DNA of 59,334 nucleotides, filler included, from Myxococcota bacterium (GTDB lineage: Bacteria > Myxococcota > Myxococcia > Myxococcales > Myxococcaceae): assembly GCA_049322255.1 (NCBI GenBank). It is 9 parts of 9 records of this genome, joined end to end, with 100 filler letters (N's around TTAATTAATTAA, not from the genome) between each part and the next. Parts side by side here need not be neighbours in the genome. Positions count along the whole stretch, not along the records: positions 1 to 6,852 come from JBMORE010000161.1; positions 6,953 to 13,754 come from JBMORE010000164.1; 7 more parts are not named here. The stretch is one strand, 5' to 3'. The notes beneath the pieces were generated by a model. The model ran no database searches. It had not been told where the DNA came from and saw only the letters and a program-made list of their open reading frames with translations. Below are positions 1-8,899 of the stretch, one piece after another. The position numbers and the translations under genes are program-made. Positions within the stretch are counted from its first letter, which is position 1. Each line of letters begins with the position of its first letter.

Positions 1-10
1 TCTAGCTGTA

Positions 11-676
11 CTAACCGCGCTCGCCGAAGATGGCGGTGCCCACCCGGACGAAGGTGGCGCCCTCCTCGATCGCCACCTCGAAGTCGAAGGTGCTGCCCAT
101 GGAGAGCTCGGGCAGCAAGAGCGCGCGCCCCAGCTCGGAAAGACGGCGGAAGTAGGGTCGGCTCGCCTCGGCGGTGGCTCCCAAGGGGGGCAGACACATC
201 AGACCGACGAGGCGTAGGTGGGGCAGCTTCTGCACCGCGCGCACCAGCGGCTCGACCTTGGGCAGAGCGACGCCGCCTTTTTGCGCCTCGCCGCCCAAGT
301 TCACCTCCACCAGGCAGTCGAGCGGCGCCCCGGTGCGGCGTTTGGACAGCTCTTGGGCGACCTCCAGCCGATCGAGCGCGTGAAAGACGTGCGCCGACCG
401 GGCCACATACTTGGCCTTGTTGATCTGCAAGGGCCCGATCGCATGCCAGCGCAGGCCGCGCAGATCGGCGAGCTCCGCCGCCTTGTCCCGAAGCTCCTGA
501 GCGTAGTTCTCGCCGAAGAGCCGCTGGCCGGCTTCATACGCGGCCCGAACGGCCTTTGGCGGGTGCCGCTTGGACACCGCCACCAGCTGCACCGACGTCG
601 GCGAACGGTGGGCGCGCGCGCACGCCGCTTCGATGCGGCGCTGCACCTGCGCCAGGCCCTCGGCGACCGAGCTCAC
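11..676 (-). CDS. yggS: YggS/PLPBP pyridoxal-phosphate homeostasis protein
   Basis: Motifs [40 protein letters not shown] start at 676 overlaps the maf stop (GTGA). Confidence 0.95.
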   Translation of the reverse strand: MSSVAEGLAQVQRRIEAACARAHRSPTSVQLVAVSKRHPPKAVRAAYEAGQRLFGENYAQELRDKAAELADLRGLRWHAIGPLQINKAKYVARSAHVFHALDRLEVAQELSKRRTGAPLDCLVEVNLGGEAQKGGVALPKVEPLVRAVQKLPHLRLVGLMCLPPLGATAEASRPYFRRLSELGRALLLPELSMGSTFDFEVAIEEGATFVRVGTAIFGERG

Positions 677-1269
677 CGCGCCCCCCACGGCAAGGGAAAG
701 CCCGCTTGGGCGAGCAGCTCGACGGTCTCGGCCAGCGGCAGGCCGATCACGTTGGAGACGCTGCCTTCCACCGAGCGCACCAACACTCCGCCCTTGCCCT
801 GCACCGCGTACGCGCCGGCCTTGTCCATCGGCTCGCCGCTGGCCACGTACCAGGTGACTTCCGCTTCGGAAAGAGGGCGGAAGGTGACGGTGGTCGCCAC
901 CACCCGCGTACTTTCACGCGCGCCGGCGAGCGCGATCGCCGAGTACACGGTGTGGGCGCGCCCGGAGAGCCTTCGCAACATCGCCGCCGCGTCGGCCGCA
1001 TCGCGAGGCTTGCCCAAGATGTCGCCGTCGACGACCACCTCCGTATCCGCCGCGAGCACCCAGGCGAGCGCGTCACCTCGCGCGACGGCCCGTGCCTTTT
1101 CGGTGGCTACCCGCTCGACGTACGCGGGTGGCGACTCGCCGGGGCGGGGGGTCTCTTCCACCCCTGCCACCGCCACCTCGAAGGAAAGCCCCAAGCCGGC
1201 CAAGAGCTCGCGCCGCCGCGGTGAAGCGGAGGCGAGAACGAGGCGAATGGGCGAGGGGCGGGCGGACAT
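673..1269 (-). CDS. maf: Maf family nucleoside triphosphate pyrophosphatase
   Basis: [40 protein letters not shown] motifs. Confidence 0.95.
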   Translation of the reverse strand: MSARPSPIRLVLASASPRRRELLAGLGLSFEVAVAGVEETPRPGESPPAYVERVATEKARAVARGDALAWVLAADTEVVVDGDILGKPRDAADAAAMLRRLSGRAHTVYSAIALAGARESTRVVATTVTFRPLSEAEVTWYVASGEPMDKAGAYAVQGKGGVLVRSVEGSVSNVIGLPLAETVELLAQAGFPLPWGAR

Positions 1270-1295
1270 GTAAGCTCGCTAAAGCAAGTTACTCT

Positions 1296-2342
1296 ATGAA
1301 TGCCTCCGAGCTCTTGTCGGCGATGAAGCGCACGGTCGAGCAGCTGGCCGCCTTCAACGAGATTGCCAAGGCCCTCACTTCGACCCTCGAGGTGCGCGAG
1401 GTGCTCGCTCTGGTGATGCAGAAAGTGTCGGAGCTGTTACACCCCACCAACTGGTCGCTCATCCTCCACGATGAAACGACGGGGGAGCTGTACTTCGAAA
1501 TCTGCGTCGGCGAGGGAGCAGACAAGCTCAAGGCACTGCGCTTTTCGCCCGGAGAAGGGGTGGCCGGGTCGGTGTTCCTCGAGGGCAAAGCGCGCCTGGT
1601 GGAGGACGTCACGGGCGACCCCCAGTTCGCGGCCCGCTTCGACGAGACGTCGCAGTTTCGCACCCGCTCCCTGCTCGCGGTGCCCTTGCGCTCGAAGGGA
1701 AAGACGCTCGGGGTGATCGAGCTGGTCAACGGAGACGCTCAGCGCTCATTCACCACCGAGGACTTGCAGGCGGTGACCGCGGTGGCGGACTACGCGGCGA
1801 TCGCCATCGAGAACGCGCGCATCGTCCAGAGGCTGCAAGAGCTCACCATCACCGACGAGCACACCGGGCTGCACAACGCACGGCACCTGCGCGCGCTGCT
1901 CGAGCAGGAGGTGGCGCGCGCGCACCGGTTCAAGCACCCGCTCTCGCTCCTCTTCTTGGACCTCGACGGGTTCAAGCAGGTCAACGACGCCTACGGCCAC
2001 CTCGTCGGCAGCGCGCTGCTCCAGGAGGTGGGCGCGCTCCTGCTCGAGTCGATTCGCCAGGTGGACGTTGCCTTCCGCTACGGAGGTGACGAGTTCGCGG
2101 TGGTGCTCATCGAGACCGACGGTGGCGCCGCCCGTGTGGTGGCCGAGCGCATTCGCGAACGGTTCAACGAGCGCCATTTCCTCCAGGCGAAAGGCTTGGC
2201 GGTGACCTTGAGCGCCTCCATCGGGGTGGCGACCGTTCCCGACCACGCCGCCTCCGCCACCGCGCTGATTCAGGCGGCCGACCAGGCGATGTATCGGGTC
2301 AAGGCGCGAGGGAAGAACGCGGTGTTGAGCGCGGGAGGCTGA
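1296..2342 (+). CDS. GAF-GGDEF dinucleotide cyclase, Hypr-type (candidate 3',3'-cGAMP synthase)
   Basis: ATG at 1296 (MNASELL). GAF domain (LLAVPL...LGVIELVN), then DLDGFKQVNDAYGHLVGS, I-site RQVD and YGGDEF. Ser replaces the usual Asp of GHxxGD. Confidence 0.9.
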   Translation: MNASELLSAMKRTVEQLAAFNEIAKALTSTLEVREVLALVMQKVSELLHPTNWSLILHDETTGELYFEICVGEGADKLKALRFSPGEGVAGSVFLEGKARLVEDVTGDPQFAARFDETSQFRTRSLLAVPLRSKGKTLGVIELVNGDAQRSFTTEDLQAVTAVADYAAIAIENARIVQRLQELTITDEHTGLHNARHLRALLEQEVARAHRFKHPLSLLFLDLDGFKQVNDAYGHLVGSALLQEVGALLLESIRQVDVAFRYGGDEFAVVLIETDGGAARVVAERIRERFNERHFLQAKGLAVTLSASIGVATVPDHAASATALIQAADQAMYRVKARGKNAVLSAGG

Positions 2343-2353
2343 CGAGAGGCTTT

Positions 2354-4996
2354 TTAAGGCGGGCAGACCCCGTTGGTTCCGTAGTTGGGGTACCTGTTCG
2401 CCTCGCAGCGCTTCATGCTCCCCGTTCTGGTGTCGGAAATACAATGCATTCCCTGCAGGGCATCTGGCACACCGGGTACCTTGCAGTCGTCATCATTGAT
2501 GCACGCATGGGCGCACGCCTTGTTGGGCGGCCAGTAGTCGTAGTTGAAGCAGTAGTCGCCCGCGTCGGGGTTACAATCGGCGTGCGTACGGCACACCTTG
2601 GTGCAACCTCCGGGCACTTGGAAACCAAAGAGGTTGTAGCAAGAGAGCCCCGTCGCGCAGCTCACGTGGCAAGCTGAGCCACCAACTTCCCCACCTGGCC
2701 CGGTGCCGCCGATGCTTCCATAGGCGGGGGGGCTGCGGGTGAGCTCGCAGCCGTCGGTGAGCTTGTCGTTGTTGCAGTCAGCGGCCCCATCTGCGCAGGT
2801 GCCGTTGCACACGCCTCCGGAGCAGGTGCGAGAGAGCATGTTGTTGTTGGAGCACACCTTGCCGCACCCGCCGCAGTTGTTCACGTCGGTGTCGAAACCA
2901 GCGCTCTGAATCTCGCAGCCGTCCGATAGTTTGTTGTTGTTGCAATCGCCCCAGCCGACCTCACAGACACCGTTGCACACGCCTCCGGCGCAGGTGGGGC
3001 TGGGGACATGGTTGTTGGAGCAAACCTTACCGCACCCCCCACAGTTGATCGGGTTCGAGTCGATGGGAGTCTCACACCCATTGGTTCTCAGGTCATTGTC
3101 GCAGTCGGCATAGCCAGGGTTACAGCCGCCGGTACAGATTCCGTTTTCGCACAAGCGCTCGCTGCCAGTCCCCGCGCACGCCAGCCCGCACCCGTTGCAG
3201 TGGTCGGGGTCGGTCAAGATGTTCGTTTCGCAGCCGTTGCTGCGCATGTCTCCATCGCAATCCGCCCAGCCTTCCTCGCAGATGCCGGTGCACTGACTGT
3301 TCGAGCAAAGGGGCGTAGCGACGTGGTTCGTCGAGCACGCCGTGCCGCAGGCGCCACAGTGGGCGGGGTCGGTTCTCAAGTCGACCTCGCATCCGTTGGT
3401 GCGCTTGTCGCCATCGCAGCTGTCGAAGCCGAACCGGCAGATGCCGGCGCAGTTTCCTTGCGAGCAAGTGCGCACCACGACGTTGTTCGGGGAGCAAGCA
3501 GCGCCGCAGGCCCCGCAATGGTTGGGGTTGGTGTTGAGCGAAATTTCACAGCCGTTGACCAACTTGTCGCCGTCACAGTCTTCGAACCCGTTGGCGCAGG
3601 CTCCGTCGCAGACGCCGCCTGTGCAGGTTCGGCTGGCCATGTTGTTGTTGGAGCACGACCTGCCGCAGCCGCCACATTTGTCCGGGTCGGTGGAAAAGGA
3701 GCTGACCAGCGTCTCGCAGCCGTTGGTTTGCTTGTTTCCGTCGCAGTCGGCGTAACCAAAGTCGCAGACGCCGTCACACGCCCCGGTAGAGCAGGTGCGA
3801 ATGATCAGGTTGCTCGTGGCGCACACCTTTCCACAGCCGCCGCACTTGTTGGGGTCGGTGCCGAACTCACCCACGGGGCTCTCGCACCCGTTGCTCTGTT
3901 TGTCCCCGTCGCAGTCGTCGAAGCCGGAGCTGCAGATGCTGGTGCACACTCCTCCGGTGCAGGTGCGCGCGGTCACGTTGGTTCCTGAGCAGACCACCCC
4001 GCAGCCGCCGCAGTTGTCCGGGTCGGTGTCGATGTCCGTTTCGCAGCCGTTGGTTCGATTGTTGCCGTCGCAGTTGGCAAAGCCCGGGTTGCAGCTGCCG
4101 TTGCACGCTCCGTTGTCACAGGTGCGGGTGGCGATGTTGTTCGAGGAGCAGACGGTTCCGCAGAAGCCACAATTGTCGGGGTCGTTGGCGAGCAGGCTCA
4201 AGGGTGTCTCGCAACCCGTCACCCGCTTGTCGCCATCGCAGTCGGCATACCCGGTGCCGCAAGTGCCGCTGCACACTCCCGCGGCGCAGGCGCGCTGGCC
4301 GATGTTGTTGCCCGCGGTGCAGGCCGCTCCGCAGCTGCCGCAGTTGTCCGGGTCGCTGTTGAGGCTGGTTTCGCAGCCGTTGGTCAGCTTGTCTTGGTCG
4401 CAGTCGTCGTAGCCCGAGGCGCAGGTGCCTTCACAGGCGCCGGACACGCACGCACGCTCCGCCATGTTGTTGAAGGAGCAGGTGACACCGCAGGCTCCGC
4501 AGTTGTCCGGGTCGGTGCCGAAGTCCTCGAGCGCAATCTCGCAGCCGTTGTCGGGCTCTTTGTCGCAATCGAAGAAACCAGGGGCGCAGGTGACGACCTG
4601 GCAACGCGAGGCGAAGCAGGAAGACGCGGTGGTGTGGGGCAGCCCGCCGCACGACTTGCCGCACTGGCCGCAGTTGGCGACATCGTCGGTCACGTCGAGG
4701 CAGGCCGAAGCGCAGCAGGCCTCGCCTTCGGCACAAGCGGACCCGCAGCTTCCACAGTGCGCGCCGTCGTTCGTGGTGTCGATACAGCGGCCGTCGCAGC
4801 AGGTGGTGGCGGTACCCTCGTGGCAGTCCTCGTTGCTCAGGCACTTCTGGACGCAGCGGTAGCCCTGGCCACTCGGGTCGATGACGCAGTCGCCCGTTGG
4901 GCAAGGCACGCCGTCTGGACAAGTCTTGGGAGCAGGGGGCGTGCAACTACTCGAGAAGCACAAGAGCGCCAGGACCAGAACGAGCAAAAACGGCAT
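2354..4996 (-). CDS. Large cysteine-rich repeat lipoprotein (STIG1-like DPxNCGxCG repeats)
   Basis: ATG at 4996 with GGGAGG RBS. Hydrophobic N-terminus ending SSSC (lipobox-like). 13 DPxxCG(x)CG-type motifs, most within ~55-aa units ending DCDGDKxxNGCE. Confidence 0.85.
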   Translation of the reverse strand: MPFLLVLVLALLCFSSSCTPPAPKTCPDGVPCPTGDCVIDPSGQGYRCVQKCLSNEDCHEGTATTCCDGRCIDTTNDGAHCGSCGSACAEGEACCASACLDVTDDVANCGQCGKSCGGLPHTTASSCFASRCQVVTCAPGFFDCDKEPDNGCEIALEDFGTDPDNCGACGVTCSFNNMAERACVSGACEGTCASGYDDCDQDKLTNGCETSLNSDPDNCGSCGAACTAGNNIGQRACAAGVCSGTCGTGYADCDGDKRVTGCETPLSLLANDPDNCGFCGTVCSSNNIATRTCDNGACNGSCNPGFANCDGNNRTNGCETDIDTDPDNCGGCGVVCSGTNVTARTCTGGVCTSICSSGFDDCDGDKQSNGCESPVGEFGTDPNKCGGCGKVCATSNLIIRTCSTGACDGVCDFGYADCDGNKQTNGCETLVSSFSTDPDKCGGCGRSCSNNNMASRTCTGGVCDGACANGFEDCDGDKLVNGCEISLNTNPNHCGACGAACSPNNVVVRTCSQGNCAGICRFGFDSCDGDKRTNGCEVDLRTDPAHCGACGTACSTNHVATPLCSNSQCTGICEEGWADCDGDMRSNGCETNILTDPDHCNGCGLACAGTGSERLCENGICTGGCNPGYADCDNDLRTNGCETPIDSNPINCGGCGKVCSNNHVPSPTCAGGVCNGVCEVGWGDCNNNKLSDGCEIQSAGFDTDVNNCGGCGKVCSNNNMLSRTCSGGVCNGTCADGAADCNNDKLTDGCELTRSPPAYGSIGGTGPGGEVGGSACHVSCATGLSCYNLFGFQVPGGCTKVCRTHADCNPDAGDYCFNYDYWPPNKACAHACINDDDCKVPGVPDALQGMHCISDTRTGSMKRCEANRYPNYGTNGVCPP

Positions 4997-5152
4997 GGGC
5001 CCTCCCGAGAGGTGATGCGGCGGCTCGCTCACACGACACGCATCATAAGCTTCCGAGACGATCTGAACCAAGCGCTCTGTCGCTTACGGTTGGCGCACAT
5101 TCTCATACCGGCCGTCGTGGTGGACGCCCGCGGAGGTGGAGGCAGCGCTTTT

Positions 5153-5430
5153 TCAGGGCAGATCGAGAGCCACGCCAAGAGCATGGTTGAGCGCTTCCAA
5201 CTTCTTGGGCCCCAGCGTTCCCGGCGGTTCACCAGGTCCAGATTTGCCTTCCAGATTTCCCATTCCACCGCCTCGCGCTCGGTCTTGGCGTGGCGTGCCA
5301 GGTACTCGTGCAGGGCTTCGCGAACGATGGCCGATCGACTCCGACGCCGCGCGCCCTTCCTCCGTCTGCTGGCTCGGGCAAGCTGGTCAACCGATCGGAT
5401 GGTCGGCTCGTCTATGGAAGAGATCGAGCA
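5153..5430 (-). pseudogene. Decayed RHH antitoxin / MazF(PemK)-like toxin pair
   Basis: One frame gives ISSIDEPTIRSVDQL...SRSAIVREALHEYL (ribbon-helix-helix pattern) with no start codon. A second frame immediately after gives GTLGPKKLEALNHALGVALDLP* (stop 5155-5153), resembling a MazF C-terminal helix. Confidence 0.6.
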
Positions 5431-5557
5431 CCAAGGCCCGGCCGCGCACGCGGGGCGCAGGTTGGCGCACATCTCCGTACCGGAGTGGCCACAGGTGTAT
5501 TGAAGGCGCGCGCGCGCTGGCGCTACAGTTTCGCTTCCGCTCTCGGAGGGAAAAGAC

Positions 5558-6852
5558 ATGCGCGGTCTATTTGCCGGTCGCAGCGTTTGGCTGTCGTGTG
5601 CGTTGGCCGCGATGCTTGCCGCTGCGCAGGCGCACGCCCAGTGGACCAATACCGGCGGCGGCGACCACGGAGGGCAGGACTGGACGCCAGCCAACGGAGA
5701 CGTCATCGCCGGAACGCACTTCAACATCGGCACGTTCACGGTGTTGGCGGGGCGAACCGTCAACGTCAGCTGGGGCTCTCCGCTGGTCGTCTACGCGACG
5801 AGCTCCATCACTATTGCCGGAGCGTTGCGTGCAGATGGTGCCGGGAATGCCGGCACCACTGGAACGGGCCGCGGTGCCAACGGGGTCGATGCCGTTTACG
5901 GAGGTGGAGGAGGTGGCGGCGGGTACGGTGGTGCTGGTGGATATGGTGGAAACAGCTACGGGGGAGCCGGTGGCATTGCCTACAACCCGGCGACGTATGA
6001 AATCCAGATGGGGTCGGGAGGAGGAAATGGCGGGCGCTACAACTACAGCCCTGGTTTGGGAAATCGGGGCGGCGGAGCAATTACGCTCGTTGCTCAAACT
6101 GTTTCCGTTTCCGGCATCATTTCGGCAAACGGCCTCGCAGGGACCAACGGGGGGTTTTATTGTGGAGGCGGAGGCGGCGGCTCGGGTGGAGGGATTGTCA
6201 TCAAGGCGACGAACTTGAGCATTCCTGCAGGGGCGTTGATCTCGACGAACGGGGGCAATGGAGGAAACGGCTCAGGCGGTGGAGGTGGAGGCGGGGGTGG
6301 TGGGCGAATCAAGCTCTATTTCGTTAACGCTCCGAGCATTGCGGGCACACTGAGCTCCGTCGGAGGTGTGGGAGGAGGAGGCAATGCTGCCGGCGCCAAC
6401 GGTGCCACTGGTGCCGGCGCCATTGTCCAGGACTTCGGTTACGGCCCCGTGGCCCCAACTTCTCTATACGCGGCATCCAGTGCGGCGGGGGCGCAGAGCG
6501 GCGCGGCGTGCGGGGCGGAGGTCACCTTTCCGCCGTACCTCAGCGCCATCTACTCCGACGACCCGACGGAGGTCACTCCCAATCCTGCCCAGGCCTACGA
6601 AATCCACGTCAACACCGCGTCAGACTTTTCCGGCATCGTGCGATGGGCCTCGGGGATCGTGCCCATCACTACCGCGTCAGGAACGCGTACGGCGAGCATT
6701 GCTTACGGGGGAGCAGCCCTCGCCGCGGGCACCAACTACTACTGGCGCATCCGCTTCTGGGACTCCAACGGCTTCATGGGCCCCTGGAGCAGCTCCTGCC
6801 TGCTTCGCATCAACCGAGCGCCGACGACGCCCTCCAACGTTGATCCGCTGGG
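5558..6852 (+). CDS. Secreted glycine-rich protein with Fn3/Ig-like domain (3' truncated by contig end)
   Basis: GGAGG RBS and signal peptide (AQAHA-Q). Repeated GGGGGSGG.I.I motifs, then YYWRIRFWD...GPWS (Fn3-like). Confidence 0.8.
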
Positions 6853-6952
6853 NNNNNNNNNNNNNNNNNNNNNNNNNNNNNNNNNNNNNNNNNNNNTTAA
6901 TTAATTAANNNNNNNNNNNNNNNNNNNNNNNNNNNNNNNNNNNNNNNNNNNN
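6853..6952. other. Artificial contig spacer (N44-TTAATTAATTAA-N44)
   Basis: Identical 100-nt linker with stops in all frames, repeated 8 times in the window. Confidence 0.99.
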
Positions 6953-7219
6953 ATCTCCAACATCGTCGACGGGAAGATGGACGTGGTGCGCGCGGTGGGC
7001 TTCGGCCGGCTGCACCACCAGTACCTCCCTGACCAGGTGATGGTCGACCGCTTTGGCCTCGAGCCCGCCACGGTGCGGGCGCTGGAAGCCTTCGGACACC
7101 GCGTACAAAACGTCGACGCCTGGGGAGACGCCGAGGCGGTGCTCGCTGACCCCGCGACCGGCCTTTTCTACGCCGGGTCGGATCCACGCAACGAGGGCGC
7201 GCCCGCCGGGCAGGACTGA
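6953..7219 (+). CDS. ggt: Gamma-glutamyltransferase, C-terminal fragment
   Basis: RLHHQYLPD and GSDPR.EG motifs of the GGT small subunit. 5' truncated. Confidence 0.9.
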   Translation: MSNIVDGKMDVVRAVGFGRLHHQYLPDQVMVDRFGLEPATVRALEAFGHRVQNVDAWGDAEAVLADPATGLFYAGSDPRNEGAPAGQD

Positions 7220-7225
7220 CTTCAA

Positions 7226-8011
7226 ATGGCCGGCACGCCCCGACTCTTCGACGCCCACCTGCACCCTCGAGGGCTGTCCGACCAAGACCTGGACACCTTG
7301 CGCTACTTCGGCGTGGAAAGAGCGCTGGTGGCCGCAGACCACGCCGCCAAGGGCGCCAAGCCCACCGACCTCTACGACCACTTCGCCGACCTGGTCGAGG
7401 TGCAGCTGCCTCGCTTGGAGCGCTTCGGCATTCGCGCCTATGCGGCGGTGGGCGTGCACCCACGAGCCATTCCCCGAAAAGGACTGACTGAGGTGCTCTC
7501 CGCCCTGCCGGGCTACTTTCGCGGCGGCAAGGTGGTGGCGTTGGGGGAGATTGGCCTGCACGCGGGTGGAGAGACCGAAGAAGAAGCTTTCACCGAGCAG
7601 CTCGCCTTGGCGCGCAGGCTCCGGCTGCCGGTGCTGGTGCACACGCCGGTAGAGGACAAGGAGCGCCTCACTCGCCGCGCGCTGGTGCTCCTGCGAGCCT
7701 CCGACATCACGCCTCACCGCGTGCTGGTCAACCACGCCAACGGCCGAACCGCGCGGCTCATTCTCGAGTGCGGACACTTTGCCGGGCTCACGATTCGGCC
7801 TGACGAGCTGTCGACGGAACAGGCAGTCGGGTTGGTGCGAAAGCTCGGCGCGGAGCGATTGGTGCTCGACTCCGGCTCGGGGGAAGGCGCGAGCGACCTG
7901 CTCGGGCTGCCGCGGGTGGCCAGCCGGCTCTTGCGCGTACGGCTGTCTTCCGCGGTGGTCGCGCGGGTGACCTTCGAGAACGCGAGGGAATGTTTTCGCG
8001 CGTCGAGCTGA
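7226..8011 (+). CDS. TatD-family metal-dependent hydrolase
   Basis: FDAHLH, VGVHP, ALGEIGL, VLVHTP, VNHAN motifs. Confidence 0.9.
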   Translation: MAGTPRLFDAHLHPRGLSDQDLDTLRYFGVERALVAADHAAKGAKPTDLYDHFADLVEVQLPRLERFGIRAYAAVGVHPRAIPRKGLTEVLSALPGYFRGGKVVALGEIGLHAGGETEEEAFTEQLALARRLRLPVLVHTPVEDKERLTRRALVLLRASDITPHRVLVNHANGRTARLILECGHFAGLTIRPDELSTEQAVGLVRKLGAERLVLDSGSGEGASDLLGLPRVASRLLRVRLSSAVVARVTFENARECFRASS

Positions 8012-8014
8012 ACG

Positions 8015-8050
8015 CCCCTCACCCCCGCCCTCTCCCGGGGGGAGAGGGGA
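8015..8050 (+). repeat. REP-like palindrome (CCCTCACCCCnnCCCTCTCCC-nnn-GGGAGAGGG), copy 1
   Basis: Perfect ccctctccc/gggagaggg stem between convergent genes. Related copies at 15641, 30135 and 53271. Confidence 0.8.
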
Positions 8051-8059
8051 TAGTCGGGC

Positions 8060-8827
8060 TCACAGCGAGGGCGGCGGAGCGGGTGCCGGCGTCTCCTTCA
8101 CAAGAGCCTCCGGCTCGGGACGGGTTTTCTGACCGCGCAGCGCCAGCGCCAACCCGCCCTGGGGGAAGAGGGTGGGCCGGCTCACCGCATCGCCAGTGAA
8201 GAACACGCCTCCGATGTAGGGAGTGAGCTCGAAGGCGCCGAAGTCGAACGCGAGGTTCACCGTGGCCGAGGCGGTGAGCGCCCAGCGGTTTCCTGAAGCG
8301 CCATCGACGTTGAATTCCACTGCCGCAGGGACCAGAGAGAGCGCAGCCCCGGGGCGGAAGGTGCCGGCCGCGCGCTGACCCGAAATCGACAACATCGCGT
8401 AGCGGCTGCGAATCCAGTGCTCCTCCCCGTTGACGGTCGCGGAAAAGCCCGTCCAGCCCAGGCGGCCGGCGAAGGCCGCATCCACCTCGCCCCCTTCGAG
8501 GAATTGGTACCTGCCCCCCGCGGAGAGCCCCGTCGGAACAGGGACGATGAAGAGGTAGAGCATCCCTTCCGCTCCCAGCTCGAGGTCGAGGGTATCGGTG
8601 AGACCGTAGGCGACCTGCGCCACCCCGCTGAGCGAGGGGGAAATCTTCATCTCCCGGTCGGAGATGGTTCCACCCAAGTCCGGCGAGGGGAATTCGACGT
8701 AGGCGGTCACCCCGGCCTGCCTGGCGCCCACAGTGGTGGCGCTCTGCGGCGCGGAAGCGCTGAGCGGCAGAAAACACCCGCTGCCCACAAGCACGACCAC
8801 CGCACAAAAGACAAGGCTTCGACCCAT
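8060..8827 (-). CDS. Hypothetical outer-membrane (lipo)protein, probable beta-barrel
   Basis: ATG at 8827; lipobox-like VLVGSGC; alternating hydrophobic beta-strand pattern (VAYGLTDTLDLELG, FELTPYIGG). Confidence 0.7.
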   Translation of the reverse strand: MGRSLVFCAVVVLVGSGCFLPLSASAPQSATTVGARQAGVTAYVEFPSPDLGGTISDREMKISPSLSGVAQVAYGLTDTLDLELGAEGMLYLFIVPVPTGLSAGGRYQFLEGGEVDAAFAGRLGWTGFSATVNGEEHWIRSRYAMLSISGQRAAGTFRPGAALSLVPAAVEFNVDGASGNRWALTASATVNLAFDFGAFELTPYIGGVFFTGDAVSRPTLFPQGGLALALRGQKTRPEPEALVKETPAPAPPPSL

Positions 8828-8899
8828 GGGGCGAGCACTTTCGCACCTTTCAAGACCGTCTGCCCACCTACGCATCCCGGCTATAGTCGGCCGGTTCCG

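Noticed and set aside
2354..4996. Cys-repeat DNA as a CRISPR-like or non-coding array
   Set aside because: The repeats are degenerate, in frame and protein coding. There is no constant repeat/unique spacer structure and no cas genes.
5088..5111. TGGCGC motif as a sigma-54 promoter
   Set aside because: Has a -24-like TGGC but lacks the -12 TGC at the required spacing in both copies.
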